Source: Geosiphon pyriformis uo1 (Eukaryota; Fungi; Glomeromycota). Taken from it: a DNA stretch of 64,000 nt. A program made the position numbers and the translations under genes. Positions 44,744 through 57,615 of the stretch are shown here, one piece after another (position 1 is the first letter of the stretch; each line of letters begins with the position of its first letter). The notes below the pieces were generated by a model. It saw only the letters and a program-made list of their open reading frames with translations. It was not told where the DNA came from and searched no databases. Location: contig JAAOMT010000594.1 of assembly GCA_016748015.1 (NCBI GenBank), positions 62,001 to 126,000 of the forward strand. The letters are read 5' to 3'.

Positions 44744-46126
44744 TTAATTTAACATGTTGTTGTCAATGATGATGATTGGTTCCAGATCTCGTGGAATCTC
44801 CTCTGGTTGGACTAGTATCTTCTGTACTCTTAATTGTGGAATATTATTGGTAAATAGTGGTGTGATGTTGTAGTATGGTTTCAGTCGATCTCCATGTGCT
44901 GCTTTGGTTAAGATTTTGTTATCTAGTCTTAATTTGTAAGCTCCATTCCCTAGAATTTCTTCTATGTAAAATGGTCTATCTTATTTGGGGTCGAATTTTC
45001 CACTCCATTGTTTTTCTACTTTGGTACAATGTAAAAGTACTTTGTCTTTAATTTTGAATTCAACTGGTTTGTCTAGTAGTTAATTATCATGTCTTTCTTT
45101 CGGTTTCTTTTGTGACTTTTGTATGTTATCAGCTGCTTTTCTTTATTTGTTTTCCAATGTTTCCATTAAGTTATATGTTCTTCTTAACAATGTTTCTTGG
45201 AAATTCTCTTCTGTTATTGGTTTAGTTGGATATGTGTTAATCTCTATCTTAACTGGTAATGTTGCTGTTCTACCGTATATTAATTCAAATGGTGTTGCTT
45301 GTGTAGTGTCTTGCTTCATTGTCCAATAAGCAAATAATACTGATGGTATGAACAAATCCCATTCATCCTGGTTTTCTTGGCTGAGTTTTGCTATTGCTTC
45401 ACACAATGTTTTATTAAATCTTTCAACTAATCCATTGGTTTGTGAATAGTATGGTGATGATAGTGGTCTCTTAATTCCGAATCTTTGGCTTAGTTCTGCT
45501 AATGTTCTATTTACAAAATGGGTTTCTTGGTCTGATAATAGTTCTTTTGGACATTTATGTTGACAAATCAGATCTTGATGGATGAATTTGGCAACAGATT
45601 CTGCATCCGCTCTTTGAATTGCTTTGGCTTCTGGCCATTTAGTAAGATTGCCCATGGCTATTGCAATATATCTGTTGCCTCTGCTGGTAATTGTCAATAG
45701 TCTGACTAAATTGATTCCAATACGGTTAAATGGTTGTCCCACTTTGATTGGTCTCAATGATTTGCTGGGTCTTGTTTCTCTTCTTCTTTGACAAGCATCA
45801 CAATTTTGCATATATTGAATGATGTCTGGATACATTAATGGCCAATAGTATCTCTTTCTGGTTCTTTCCATGGTTGCTTCTTTATGAAAATGTTCTGCAG
45901 TTGGATCTGAATGTATGTTGAACAGTATTGTCTCCTTTTTTGGTTCTGTAATTATTCTGGTTGGTTAATCTGAATCTTTTCTATTTTTTCAATAAAGTAT
46001 ATTTTGGTGAGTGATAAAATATTTGGATTGTTGTTTAATCCTCTTTTGTTCTGGTTGAGATAATTTCTCCTTGAATTGTTAAGTATCTATATAATGTTGA
46101 AATTGTTGATATTTTTGTGTGTTCAT
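44744..46126 (-). pseudogene. Gypsy-A integrase, separate ORF (~460 aa)
   Basis: MNTQKYQQ...HSDPTAEHF...CDAC...DDE core...GPF motif; one frame from the ATG at 46126 to TAA at 44744. Confidence 0.85.
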
Positions 46127-48029
46127 CTTTTGTTATATTTTCGTAAGTATTGTTTTGGTTTTGTTATATTTTTGGGTTGAAATGTTCTTAGATTTGTCTT
46201 ATTCATGACAAACTGTCAGCATTTCCATTGTCTTTTCTCTTTTTATAATGTATGGTATAAGTATATATCAAAAGAGCTATTTTCCATCTTGACTGTCTTC
46301 CATCTCCAAATTCTTGTTTTTGGAGTGATGTCAATTCTTTGTGATCTGTGTACACCTCAAACTTTTGGCTCAAGTATTCTTTCCATTTCATAACTGCCTA
46401 ATAGATTGCTAGATGTTCTAATTCTGGTGTTTCATAGTTCTTTTTGGTTGGAGTTAAACCTCAGCTGGCATATGTGACTGAATGTTCTCTTCCATTCAAT
46501 CCTCTCTGAGATAGTACTGCTTTCAATGCTTGACTTGATACATCAATGGTGATAATGAATAGTTTACTATGATCTGGATAAATCAATACTGGAGCTTGAA
46601 TAAGCTTTCTTCTTAAGATGTCAAATGCTTCTTACTGGGTTTCGGTCTATTTATAATTTGCATTTTTGGTTTGAAGATTATTGAGTGGTTGTGCTATTTT
46701 TGAAAAGTTCTTTATGAAGCATCTATAATAGCTCGCAAATTCCAAGAATGATTTTAGCTCGGTTACATTGGTTGGTATTGGAAAGTTTTTTACTATCTCT
46801 ATTTTCTCCAGATCTGTTTTTATGTCATCTTTGCTAACTATGTGTTCCAAAAATTTTAGTTCTGTTTTGTCAAAAAAACACTTTGTTGTATTCAATTTTA
46901 ATCTTGCTCATCGTAGTCTTTTGAACACTTGTTGGAGATAATGTAGATGATCATCGAATGTTTTTGAGAACACATTGGTGTCATTCAAGTATACAACTAC
47001 TGATTTCCACAATAAGCTGGTATACACGATTTTCATTAGCCATTAGAATATAGCTGGAGCATTGGTTAAGCCAAATGGCATAACTTCAAACTCAAAGTTT
47101 CTCTCTCTTGTGGTGAATGCTGTTTTTTTTTTGTCAGCTGGATCCATGGCTACTTGCCAGTAACCACTATCTAAATCCAGTGTTGAGAACCATTTATTTC
47201 CTCCAAAAGCATTAAATAGTTCTTGTATTCATGGAGTTGGATAGCTGTCTCTATGAGTTACACTATTGAGTTTCTTGTAGTCTACACAAAATTGGATTTT
47301 TCCATTCTTCTTATAGACGAGTACTACTGGTGACGACCATAGACTTATTGATGACTGAATTAACTTGTTGTCAAGCATTTGGTTGATCTCTTGACGAATG
47401 ATTTCATGGCTGGCTGGTGGTACCTTGTATGCTCATTGTTTGATTAGCATTGCATTTCTAGTCTTGATTTGATGCTAGATAATATCAGTTCTGCCAAATT
47501 TGTTTTTACTGGTAAAAATGTTATTGAAATTATTGAGTAATATTTTTAGTTGCATCTGTTGAAGTGGGTCTAGATTTCTCATGTTCATCTGTTCTAATTG
47601 TTCTGGCTGTAACAGATAACATTTGTTTTGTCCATAAATGGTTTGTGATGTAATGTCCATATATTCACAAAGCTGTGAAAAATCTGGAATGCTGCTTGGT
47701 GCTTGATCTTCAATTTCCGTGGTTAAATATCCGAGAGTGATTCTTTCTAGTATCTCTACAACATTTCTGGTGTTGTTGTAGATAAGAATTTTGATATGGT
47801 TATGGCTCTTGGCTGGTATGTGTAGATTGATAAGTCCAATTTCTCCTGATTCACAAAGAGTTGCTTCTGCTTCAAAAATCTGTTCTTGTTCCTTCTCTCT
47901 CCTTTCTATTGCTAATATGTATCGGCTATATGGTAGAATAGAAATTGTTTGACTGGTTGAAATTATTTTTCTTTGGCCAATAATTTCTTCCTCTACCATA
48001 TTGACTGGTACATCTATTCTACCTGTGGA

Positions 48030-48410
48030 TCCAAATTTTTGTATTCCTCTTGCTGTTATCCCTAATTCTTCTCTGTTTCCCACTGACACTAATTGAGCTA
48101 CTTTAACCAGAGGCAGAAATATTGCCTATGCTATTTTTTTATTTGGCTCTATAATATAGGCCTTTTCTGAGTTATTTTGTAACATGGCGATGATATTTTC
48201 TACATATCCTGCATCAATTATTTCTCCTCTTATATTTATTCCTCTTTTCATTAGACTACTCTTAGATGCTAATTGAACTATTGTTGCCGGAATTTCCAGT
48301 GCTATTTTCAAATCAATGTAGGTGTGTGAATGTGGTTCCAATTTGATGACATCTTTTCTTAGATACCTCAGATCAAATCTGGCATCAGTATTATGTGTGC
48401 ATTCTAGCAT
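48030..48410 (-). pseudogene. Gypsy-A dUTPase domain
   Basis: HNTDARFDL, SKSSL, GEIIDAGY, IA(Q), RGIQKFGSTG correspond to trimeric dUTPase motifs I-V. Confidence 0.88.
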
Positions 48411-49244
48411 AATATCTTCATTATTATTGCTGAACCATTTAAGTTCCTATTCCTTGGTAAGGTTAAGAAGCACAATATATTGTTCATAGTTTGGATTAGA
48501 GTTTAAATCTGAGTTGAAATTGTTGTCATTGTTCTCGCCATATTGGATGAAGCTAAAACCTGTGTTTTCGTTATCATCATTGTCAGAATTTGAATCAGGA
48601 TTAAAAATTGATTCCAATTCTGATGCACAACTGCTGATTGGTTTTTTTTCCTTTGGGATTGTGTAGATCATGTGTGATGGCAGATTGTAAATGAGATCAC
48701 ACTCATTACAATATCAGAAGTCACATAGAATTAAACAGTAGTTACATAGTCGAGTGTTTATTTCTTCCAACTATTGTTCTTGTTCTTCTTGAGTAGGTGC
48801 CAACTGTTGATAGTGCTCATGAAATTCTTCCAGATCATCTTTAATGTTGCCGAATATGTTAAACATTAAGACATATTTAGGTTCAGACAGAGCTAAGGGG
48901 TTGTTTTTGATTTCTAGTAGCTCATTGGTTGTTGTACCTTCTGTTTTTGTACTCACCATTCTCCAGAGTTCATGTTCATTGTGTGGATATCCTTCTAATC
49001 ATCATAATGCTCGTTTTCAGGCGTTATTGATTGGTGTTCCCTTGTGTATCCAATTGTTGATTAGGATTGTATACTAGCAGATTTCATTGCACGTTCTCTC
49101 TCTCCCAGGAATGTTGTTCCACATTCTTTTGTCAAAGAGAGTTTCTCCACAAGCTAAACATGGTGTATTATCCTATTTTCCCACTTATTTTGGTCTTCCA
49201 AAGTGTTCAACAAGACATGCGCGGCAATAGAACTTAGTTGCCAT

Positions 49245-50308
49245 TGTTATCTGAGTAGAAAAACCGATCCAAAGTTATGAAAAAACATGACCAAAATGTA
49301 ACATAACACAGAATAATGCACAATAATATTGAATAACACATTATAACATAGGATAATGTGTTATAATGCAGGATAACACAGAATAGCATGCAATAACATA
49401 GGATAACATGTTATAACGCAGGATAACAAAGAATAACATGTAATAATGTCAGATAACATGTTATAATATAGGATAACTAGTGATAACATAGAAAAACGAA
49501 GCAATAATAGAAACAACAAAGCAATAGCTAGCAATAGCAAGACAATTGAAAGCAATCCTGTAAAACCAAAAGAATGTATAAAAGCAAGTAGTTGTAGAAG
49601 TGAAAAAAGACAGACAGATAGATATGAATCTCTAGACAAGAATTAAATATCCATACCCCTTTATCCTTTATTATCTTCCCTATTTTATCTCCTGAAATAA
49701 ACTAATTATTAAAAAGAAATCAGAATCATGAATTTATGTTTTCAAACTTCGTGGAATTTACATGAATTAACCCTTGTCTCGTACCTCCGTTCTAAGACAG
49801 ATGCTCTTAGCATAACCACCTCGAATCTATTAATGATTTGGACTAATTGCCCTTGATCACAGCAATTGACGATACTAATTTATCTTTTTTTTTTCTTTTT
49901 TTTTCTTTTTCTGTCTTATTTTTGTGGAGTGGCAACATAGTAAAATCGACTGTCTGGGAATAGACTTCGTAATAGCCTGGTAAAAGAGGGAAGCTCCTCC
50001 TAAGTTTTGGATATTAACATTATCTTGTTAGCTTACCAGAAGAGCAAAAAAACAATGCCAGACCCTAATGACTGTGCTCATTAGCTCGGAGAAGAAAGCT
50101 CATATTTACGAAAAACGTTACAATCAACAAAAAACAAACTCTGTGTCTTATAACCAAAGAACTCAACAGGTAAATTCACATCCAGAAATAGACCTTCAGA
50201 GACTGATAATCAAGACTAAGCCAACAGAATTATGCAGAAGACGCATCATCCATAATTGAGAGCACCAAATGTTACCATTTCCTATATCTACCAAGTTTAT
50301 CCATAACA
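49245..50308 (+). repeat. Gypsy-B 5' LTR
   Basis: Direct repeat of 58365-59425; followed by the PBS. Confidence 0.95.
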
Positions 50309-53300
50309 TTTGGTGCTCCCTGTAAGGTTATAAATCCACAGAGACAGAGCACCTCCAAAAATACATAAAAGTAGCAACTATTAGAACAATAGAAAAGGAC
50401 CATTCCTCATACAGAAAAGCACTATTTCAATACTTTTGAAAAGACTTAGGAATACTAGCAGAAACCACTTATGCAGAAAGTGATTTTTGTAACTATATCA
50501 ACACAAAAATTGACTGCTTGTTAGGCCGTGCAACTGATACAGGAAGACTTGGAAAACAAATCTATCAAAGCTTACTAGGATACTCAACAGCCACAATTAC
50601 CCGAGCAATCACTGAAACTCTGCGCATAATTAATACAGACATTAAATATTATGTGGCACAACAATTCCCTCAAATACAACAACCAGTGAAATCTGACCCT
50701 GAGGAATATGAAAATGAATCCAACAACCCCATAACTGTCCAAGCCAAGTCTATGGTCAACAAGAAACCAAGGGTCTTCTTCCCAACAACTTCATTATATC
50801 ATCAGACACCCCAGAATAGAATTGTATTCAACCTATTCCTAGAAACTCAGTCAGAAATACCATGAACTCCTGGAAATCCACACCCTTGGAATCAACACAG
50901 TTGAACCAAATCACTAGGAGAATACGGATCGCTGTTTGAAAATCTTACCCTAGCAGCCGGTCAAACAGAAGGAAACCCGTCAACTTGGGAACAGCCACCA
51001 GCACAAAACCTAGTAGAATCAGCATCTCTCCTGATAGAAGAAACAGCTATCTTACAACCTATTGGTTCAAGCGACAAAGGAAAGCAACCAGCATTAGCAC
51101 CTGAAGAACACTCAAATACATGGACACCAATCCCTTTAAACATAACCAGTAACACCCCACCCATTAACCGGATCATGGCTTACCGGGATATTGCTAAATT
51201 GGAAAAATTCTTTGGTGAAGAAGATAATGCATATTCTTGGATCACGGATGCTGAGAAAGCAATTACTACTAATGGTTGGAACGACGACTACACAATTCAG
51301 GCACTGCTGTTTTTTCTGACCAGAACCACCAATTCATGGTACTAGAGCCTTACAGAGAAGCCTATCTTTTTTACCAAGTTTAAACTTGCATTTTTGCAAT
51401 ACTTCTGTAACTCCAATACATTAATCTGATTGCAGAATCAATTCAGCATAATTAAACAAAAAGATCACAAAGCAGTAACTACTTATCTCGGATGATTCAA
51501 TCAAATCCTGTATCAAATATTAGCTATCAAAAAAGACTACTACACTACGGCGCAAGTTCTTAATCAATTCATTAAAGGATTGTGGAGTGGTATTCTAAGA
51601 TCCATAAGACCCCACCATCCAACCAGTTTACAAGACACTATTGCTCTCGCTCACAATTTTGAGTCTACAGAACAAGAAGTAAACCATATCCAAGCCATTA
51701 ATTTAGCCATTAATAGAACCTCTAACATCGATGCAAAGATAACTCAATTGAGTGAGAAACTAACTCAGAAAATTGAGGTATTCTTAGCCAGAACTACAGG
51801 AACTTACCAACCACCCCAACGGAGAGAAAATAACAACAACAGTAGATACTTACAGCAACAGAACCATTAGCAACAGCAACAACCTTGGAGATCTGATTCC
51901 TGCAACTGTTACTACTGCCAGAAACCTGGACACATCGCCCATGACTGCAGAAGGAAGATTATGAACCAAAATCAAGGAAACCCATACTAGCAACCCAGAT
52001 ATCAGCAAAACATGGTACCTCAATATTCCATACCTCAGAATCAACTGCCCCTATACACACAACAAGTCTCGTACACTCAACCACCACTCCAGAATTATTA
52101 TCAACCACCACCAATGACACAAACAATCCCTCACTATCAAACTTCCCCTTACAGCCCATCCAGACCTCGAGCTATAGACTATAATCAGGGATGGAGGAAT
52201 TCCAACAACAATCAGATGCAAACCAATAGTGGACCATTTCGACCAATCCCTTGTAGTCCTGCCCAATCTCGACCAACACCAACTGAATACCCAAATCAAG
52301 CTTCCTATCTTGGTCTTATAGAAGACTAGGGTTTTGATAAATCTACACCTATGGAAGGGGGGAATATAAAACAAATCTCCCAACCTTTCAAACAAACAAA
52401 AAGCAATATCCCACCAGCCACTATTACTGAAGACACTACCCTAGCTGTGATATTTCTTTTTGACATCAATAATTTGAACACCCATAGCCTTTTTAGTAGA
52501 GCAGTCATCAATCAGGATAAACCAATAATGGCCCTATACATTGATGCCAGAGTCGGAGGAATAGACATTAAATTAATCCTAGATAGCGGATCAGCTAGTA
52601 GCATAATCACAAAGCAGCTTATAAACCAACTAGGTCACTGAATAGATCATGCTGCTACCACCCGGATTATTACAGCAGATAGAAACACAAAAACCCCAAT
52701 AGGAGAAATTGACAACTTCCCCTTCGAGATTAATGGAATCCAAATCCCTACCAAAGTACTCATCATGGAAGCTACTTAATATCAAGCTCTAATAGGAAAT
52801 GATTGGTTGTTAAAAGCCAATGCTACTCTCAACTGGAACACCCAAGAACTTCAACTCATGTTCAACGGACAGCATGCCCAAGTTCCAGCTACATGCGGAC
52901 ACTTTAAAACCCAATGTATCGAGGAACTCCTTATTGAATTCGAAGACACATTAATGCCACCAACCATTGAGATCTATCAGGTTTCATGGGCAGATGATTA
53001 TCAAACTGAACTACCCCACCACCAACCTGGGAAAAAAAAGAAAAAAACAGAGCCGAAGAAAAACCCCAATTGTCATCACTAGGATACATAACCTCAGACC
53101 AAAAAAACTTATTTTACCAACCCCCAAGACTAATATGTGTCGATTGTGGAAAAAAACTATCCACTATGGGCGCATGTATTGGGGACAACAAAGAATGGCC
53201 CACTGCCACCAAATACTATTGCAGACCTTGTTTACTGGAAAGATTTGGATGACCAAAATGACAAGGCAAGTGAGACAACACACTGTGCCTTGCATGTGGC

Positions 53301-53934
53301 AAAATCCTGCCAGATGAAGGACTCTGGAATGATGTGTCTGGCAGAAGAGGAACATGTGACAAGGCTTGTCAATACACCATATTAATCAACAATTGGGTAT
53401 GAAAGGAAACCCCCATCAAGGACACTTGGAAACAAGTCTTTAACAGGCTGGATGGTTATCCACACAATGATCATGAAATTTGGAGAATGGCAAATGCCAA
53501 GGCTGAAGGCACCACACCTGAAGAAATACGAGAAATCAAAGACAACCCTTGGACACCCAAATATAATGAACCTGACTACCCCGAAGATGATTTCTTTACA
53601 GATGACCCAGACACATTTCAGAACTGATATCAGGAATTGGCCCGACTCACGAAAAACAGGAGCAAAGATTGGCTGATTTGAATACCAAACTGTGTGATCA
53701 CTGTTTGATTCCCTGTTACTTCCAGTACTGCGACGAATGTGATCTCATGTTCAATCCGCCTCCAAAAATACTGTTTCCAATCACTGAACTACCTAAGCCC
53801 GAAGAAGAGGTATTGATCACCGAGGACATGTTATTTCAAAATCCAACTGAAGATACTGAAACAAAACAGTATCTTGCGTATCCTGACCTATCCAAAGAAC
53901 TAGAGCTAAAATGGTACAGTGATAATAAGGAAAG

Positions 53935-54340
53935 AATCTGCCCCAAAAGAGTGCATGACACTGATGCTGGTTTTGATCTACGATACCCCGGACAATCACC
54001 CATCATTATAGCTTCACATTCCCTTATAAAAATAGATTTTAAGATAGCATTAGAAATTTCTGTTAGTACAATGATACAAGTTGCCTCTCGATCTAGTTTA
54101 GCCAAGAAAGGAATTGACGTAAAAGGAGAAATCATCAATGCCGATTACATGGGAAACATCATTGTGATGCTACAGAACAATTCAGACAGACCCTACAAAA
54201 TAAAATCACAAGAAAAGATTGCCCAAGCTATCTTCCTACCCCTAGTTAAAATACCCCAATTAACCCCGGTAACAACCCAAAAAGAGTTAGGCCTTACTGT
54301 CCGAGGAATCAACAGGTTGGAATCAAGTAAAAGAGGAAAT
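53935..54340 (+). pseudogene. Gypsy-B dUTPase domain
   Basis: HDTDAGFDLRY, SRSSLAKKG, GEIINADYMG, KIAQ, RGINRLESS in ORF 53669-54376. Confidence 0.92.
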
Positions 54341-54849
54341 GTACCAGTTAATTTCATGGAGGAAGACAGTAACTAGGTAGAATTTATCAACACCAACACC
54401 ATCATCTCCATTCCTCCATATTGACAATACATCCTCAAAGTGAATCAAAAGATCCAAGATTAAGCCCTATTATTTGAAGCCAGTCCTGAAATCTGTTCCC
54501 TAGCTGATGTTGCTAATCTATACCTACCAACCAAAGTCCATAAACACTTCAAAATCTCCATCCACAACCTGACAGAAGATGTCATTGAAATCTCCGAAGG
54601 GACCCTCATCGGTTCTATATCTACAGATATTCAGAATCCTGAAAAACTCCAGTCCATTTCAGATTTTGCACAATTATTCTTATTCTGTGACATTACCTCA
54701 CAAGTATGGAATTTGCCAAAAGAAAGTTACTTGTTCACACCAGAAGAGATCAATAAATTGAATTTAGGAAATTTAAGTACCCTGCAACAAATGCAATTCA
54801 AAGTCCTTCTGAATCAGTATGCCGATGTCTTTGCCAGTGAAAATGAGTT

Positions 54850-56157
54850 CGGATGCACAACATTGTAAAGCATCAGATTGATATGGGAGACACTCAACCA
54901 ATTAAGCAACAAGCTTACCGCATACCCCTATCTGGCGATAATCTAATTAAGCAAGAAGTGCAACGAATGCTTGATAATGGCCTAATAAAAGAATTGTTAA
55001 GCCCTTGGTCCTCTTCAGTAGTTTTGGTCACCAAGAAAAACAGAAAAGTGCAATTTTGCGTAGATTATCGAAAACTAAATAGCATCACACAAGGAAATAG
55101 TTATTCCACTCCCCTCATCCAAGAAATTCTGGACAATCTAGGGAAAAAGAAATGGTTCTCATCATTAGATTTAGCAAGTGGTTACTGACAAGTTGAAATA
55201 GATTCCAAAAACAAAAAAAAAACAGCATTTACCACTCGAGACGGAAACTTCGAGTTTAATGTAATGTCTTTTGGACTTGGTAATGCTTCTGCCATGTTTC
55301 AACGTCTGATGGATGTAGTATACAAAGGAATTCTTTGGAAATCAGTAGTAGTCTATCTAGACAACACAAATGTGTTCTCCGAAACATTTGATGACCATCT
55401 GTTCCACCTATAACAAGTCTTCGAATGCCTTTGTAGTGCCAGATTGAAACTCAATTCCGAGAAGTGCTTCTTTGGAAAAACTGAGTTAAAATTTCTAGGA
55501 CATGTAATCAGCAAAGACGGAGTTAAACCCAATCCAGATAAAGTACAAAAAGTCAAGGATTTTCCAGCCCCAATTAACCTCAAAAAATTACGAGGATTTC
55601 TAGGATTGGCAGGATATTATTGTCAATTTGTCAAAGGTTTTTCGAACATCACAAAACCACTTCATCAATTGTTGTCCAAATACGTACTGTACTTGTGGAA
55701 GGAAAATCAACAGAAAGCATTCGACTATCTCAAGCAGCAATTAATCACATCTCCAATTCTGATTTACCCAGATTTCACTAAATGGTTCATTGTCATTACG
55801 GACACTTCAAAAAATGCTCTAGGAGCAGTCTTATCACAGATAGGACTGGACAATAGAGAACACCCAGTTGTCTATATTAGTTACAGCACCAGCCCAGCAG
55901 AAAAGAATTACAGCACAACAGATCTGAAATGTCTTGCCATTTATTGGGCCATACAGACTTGGAAACATTACCTTAGTCAACCATTTGATCTATATACCGA
56001 CCACAAAGGACTTATTTGGTTACTCAACAATCCACAACTAGAAAAAAAATATGCGAGATGAAGTACTTATCTGCAACAATTTCCACTCAAAGTCCATTAC
56101 AAGGAAAGATCCAAGAACATTAATGCTGACAGTTTGTTGAAGATGCCACAAACCTAA
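54850..56157 (+). pseudogene. Gypsy-B reverse transcriptase + RNase H
   Basis: SPWSSSVVLV, FCVDYRKLN, LDLASGY, YLDN, LRGFLGLAGYY, TDTS, NYSTTDL, YTDH, NADSL; ends at TAA 56155-56157. Confidence 0.92.
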
Positions 56158-56167
56158 TCCCAGACTC

Positions 56168-57535
56168 ATGGACACACTCACTTATCAATGACTACATCAG
56201 TACCTATCAACACTATGTTTCAAGGAGATATTATCTCAACAGAAACAAAGTACCATATGAAAACAAGCCCGAAATTATTTTATTCAAGACAACCAACTAT
56301 ATCGACAAGAACGCTGAAACCACTTCAACCCACAATGACTAATTAAGGACAGTGAAAGAAAAACTATACTATATAGTGTGCACTCAGATCCGACTGCAGA
56401 ACACTTTAACAAAGATGCTACCCTCAAAAGAACACTAAACTTATACTATTGGCCAATGATGTACAAAGACATTTTCGAATATGTGCTCAATTGTGACACA
56501 TGCCAGCAAAGAAGAGGAGCAAGATCAACAGAACCACTTCGACCCATTCCAGTTGGAAATTCATTTGATAGAATTAGAATCGACTTGGTTGGACCTCTTT
56601 CAATTACATCCCAAGGAAATTGCTATATTGCTGTAGCCATAGACTATCTTACAAAATGGCCAGAAGCTAGAGCAATCCAAGTGGCCAATGCCAAAACAGT
56701 AGCCAAATTTGTGTATCAAGATCTAATTTGCCGACATGGATGTCTGAAAGAATTATTATTTGATCAGAGAACACACTTCGTTAATAATATGCTGACTGAA
56801 CTAAGCCAATAGTTTGGAATAAAGAGACCCTTATTGTCACCATACTATCCACAAATGAACGGACTGGTAAAACAATTTAACAGAACACTGTGCAAAGCAC
56901 TAGCAAAAATAAGTCATGAAAACAAATAAGAATAGGACTTATTCATACCTTCTGTATTCTTTGCATACCGAATATTGAAACAAAATACGACTCAGTTCAC
57001 ACTGTTCGAACTAGTCTATGGAAGAAAAGCTATGTTACCGATTGAATGAATGATACTGTCATACCCAACAGAAACAATCAATAAAGAGAATTTTAAAGCT
57101 ACCTTACACCAAAGAACGTACCAGCTAATGGAAATGTTGGAAAACAATTGAAGAACAGCAGCTAACAATATTAGTCATGCTCAAGAACGACAAAAAAAAA
57201 GACATGATAAACACCTATCAGAACAACTAATGGAATTCAAGATTGGAGACCAAGTACTGTTACATTGTACAAAAGCTGAAAAACAGTAGAGTGGAAAGTT
57301 TGACCCAAAGTGAGATGGTCCATTCCACATACACAAAGCATTAGGAAATGGAGCTTACAAATTACAATTGGAAGACAGGATTTTAAAGAAAGTAGCACAT
57401 GGAAATTGGTTAAAAATTTATCATGAAAAACAAGAATCATTATCATCAGTATCTCAACTAGGAACACAAATTTTATTAATCAGACCAGAAGATATACCAC
57501 AAGATCTGGAACCAATCATTGTCATCAAAACATAG
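56168..57535 (+). pseudogene. Gypsy-B integrase, separate ORF (~455 aa)
   Basis: MDTLTYQ...HSDPTAEHF...CDTC...IDLVGPL...DYLTKWPEA...GPF; one frame from the ATG at 56168 to TAG at 57533-57535; no chromodomain. Confidence 0.87.
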
Positions 57536-57615
57536 ACAATGGGCAGCAAATTAAATTGGGGAATTCAAATATATATAGTATCTGAAAAGCAACAAGAAAC
57601 AATAGAAATTTCAAC

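Noticed and set aside
49361-49639. Hydrophobic ORF (also 58481-58759) resembling a membrane protein or env
   Set aside because: Antisense reading of the A-rich LTR repeat array; duplicated only because it lies in the LTR.
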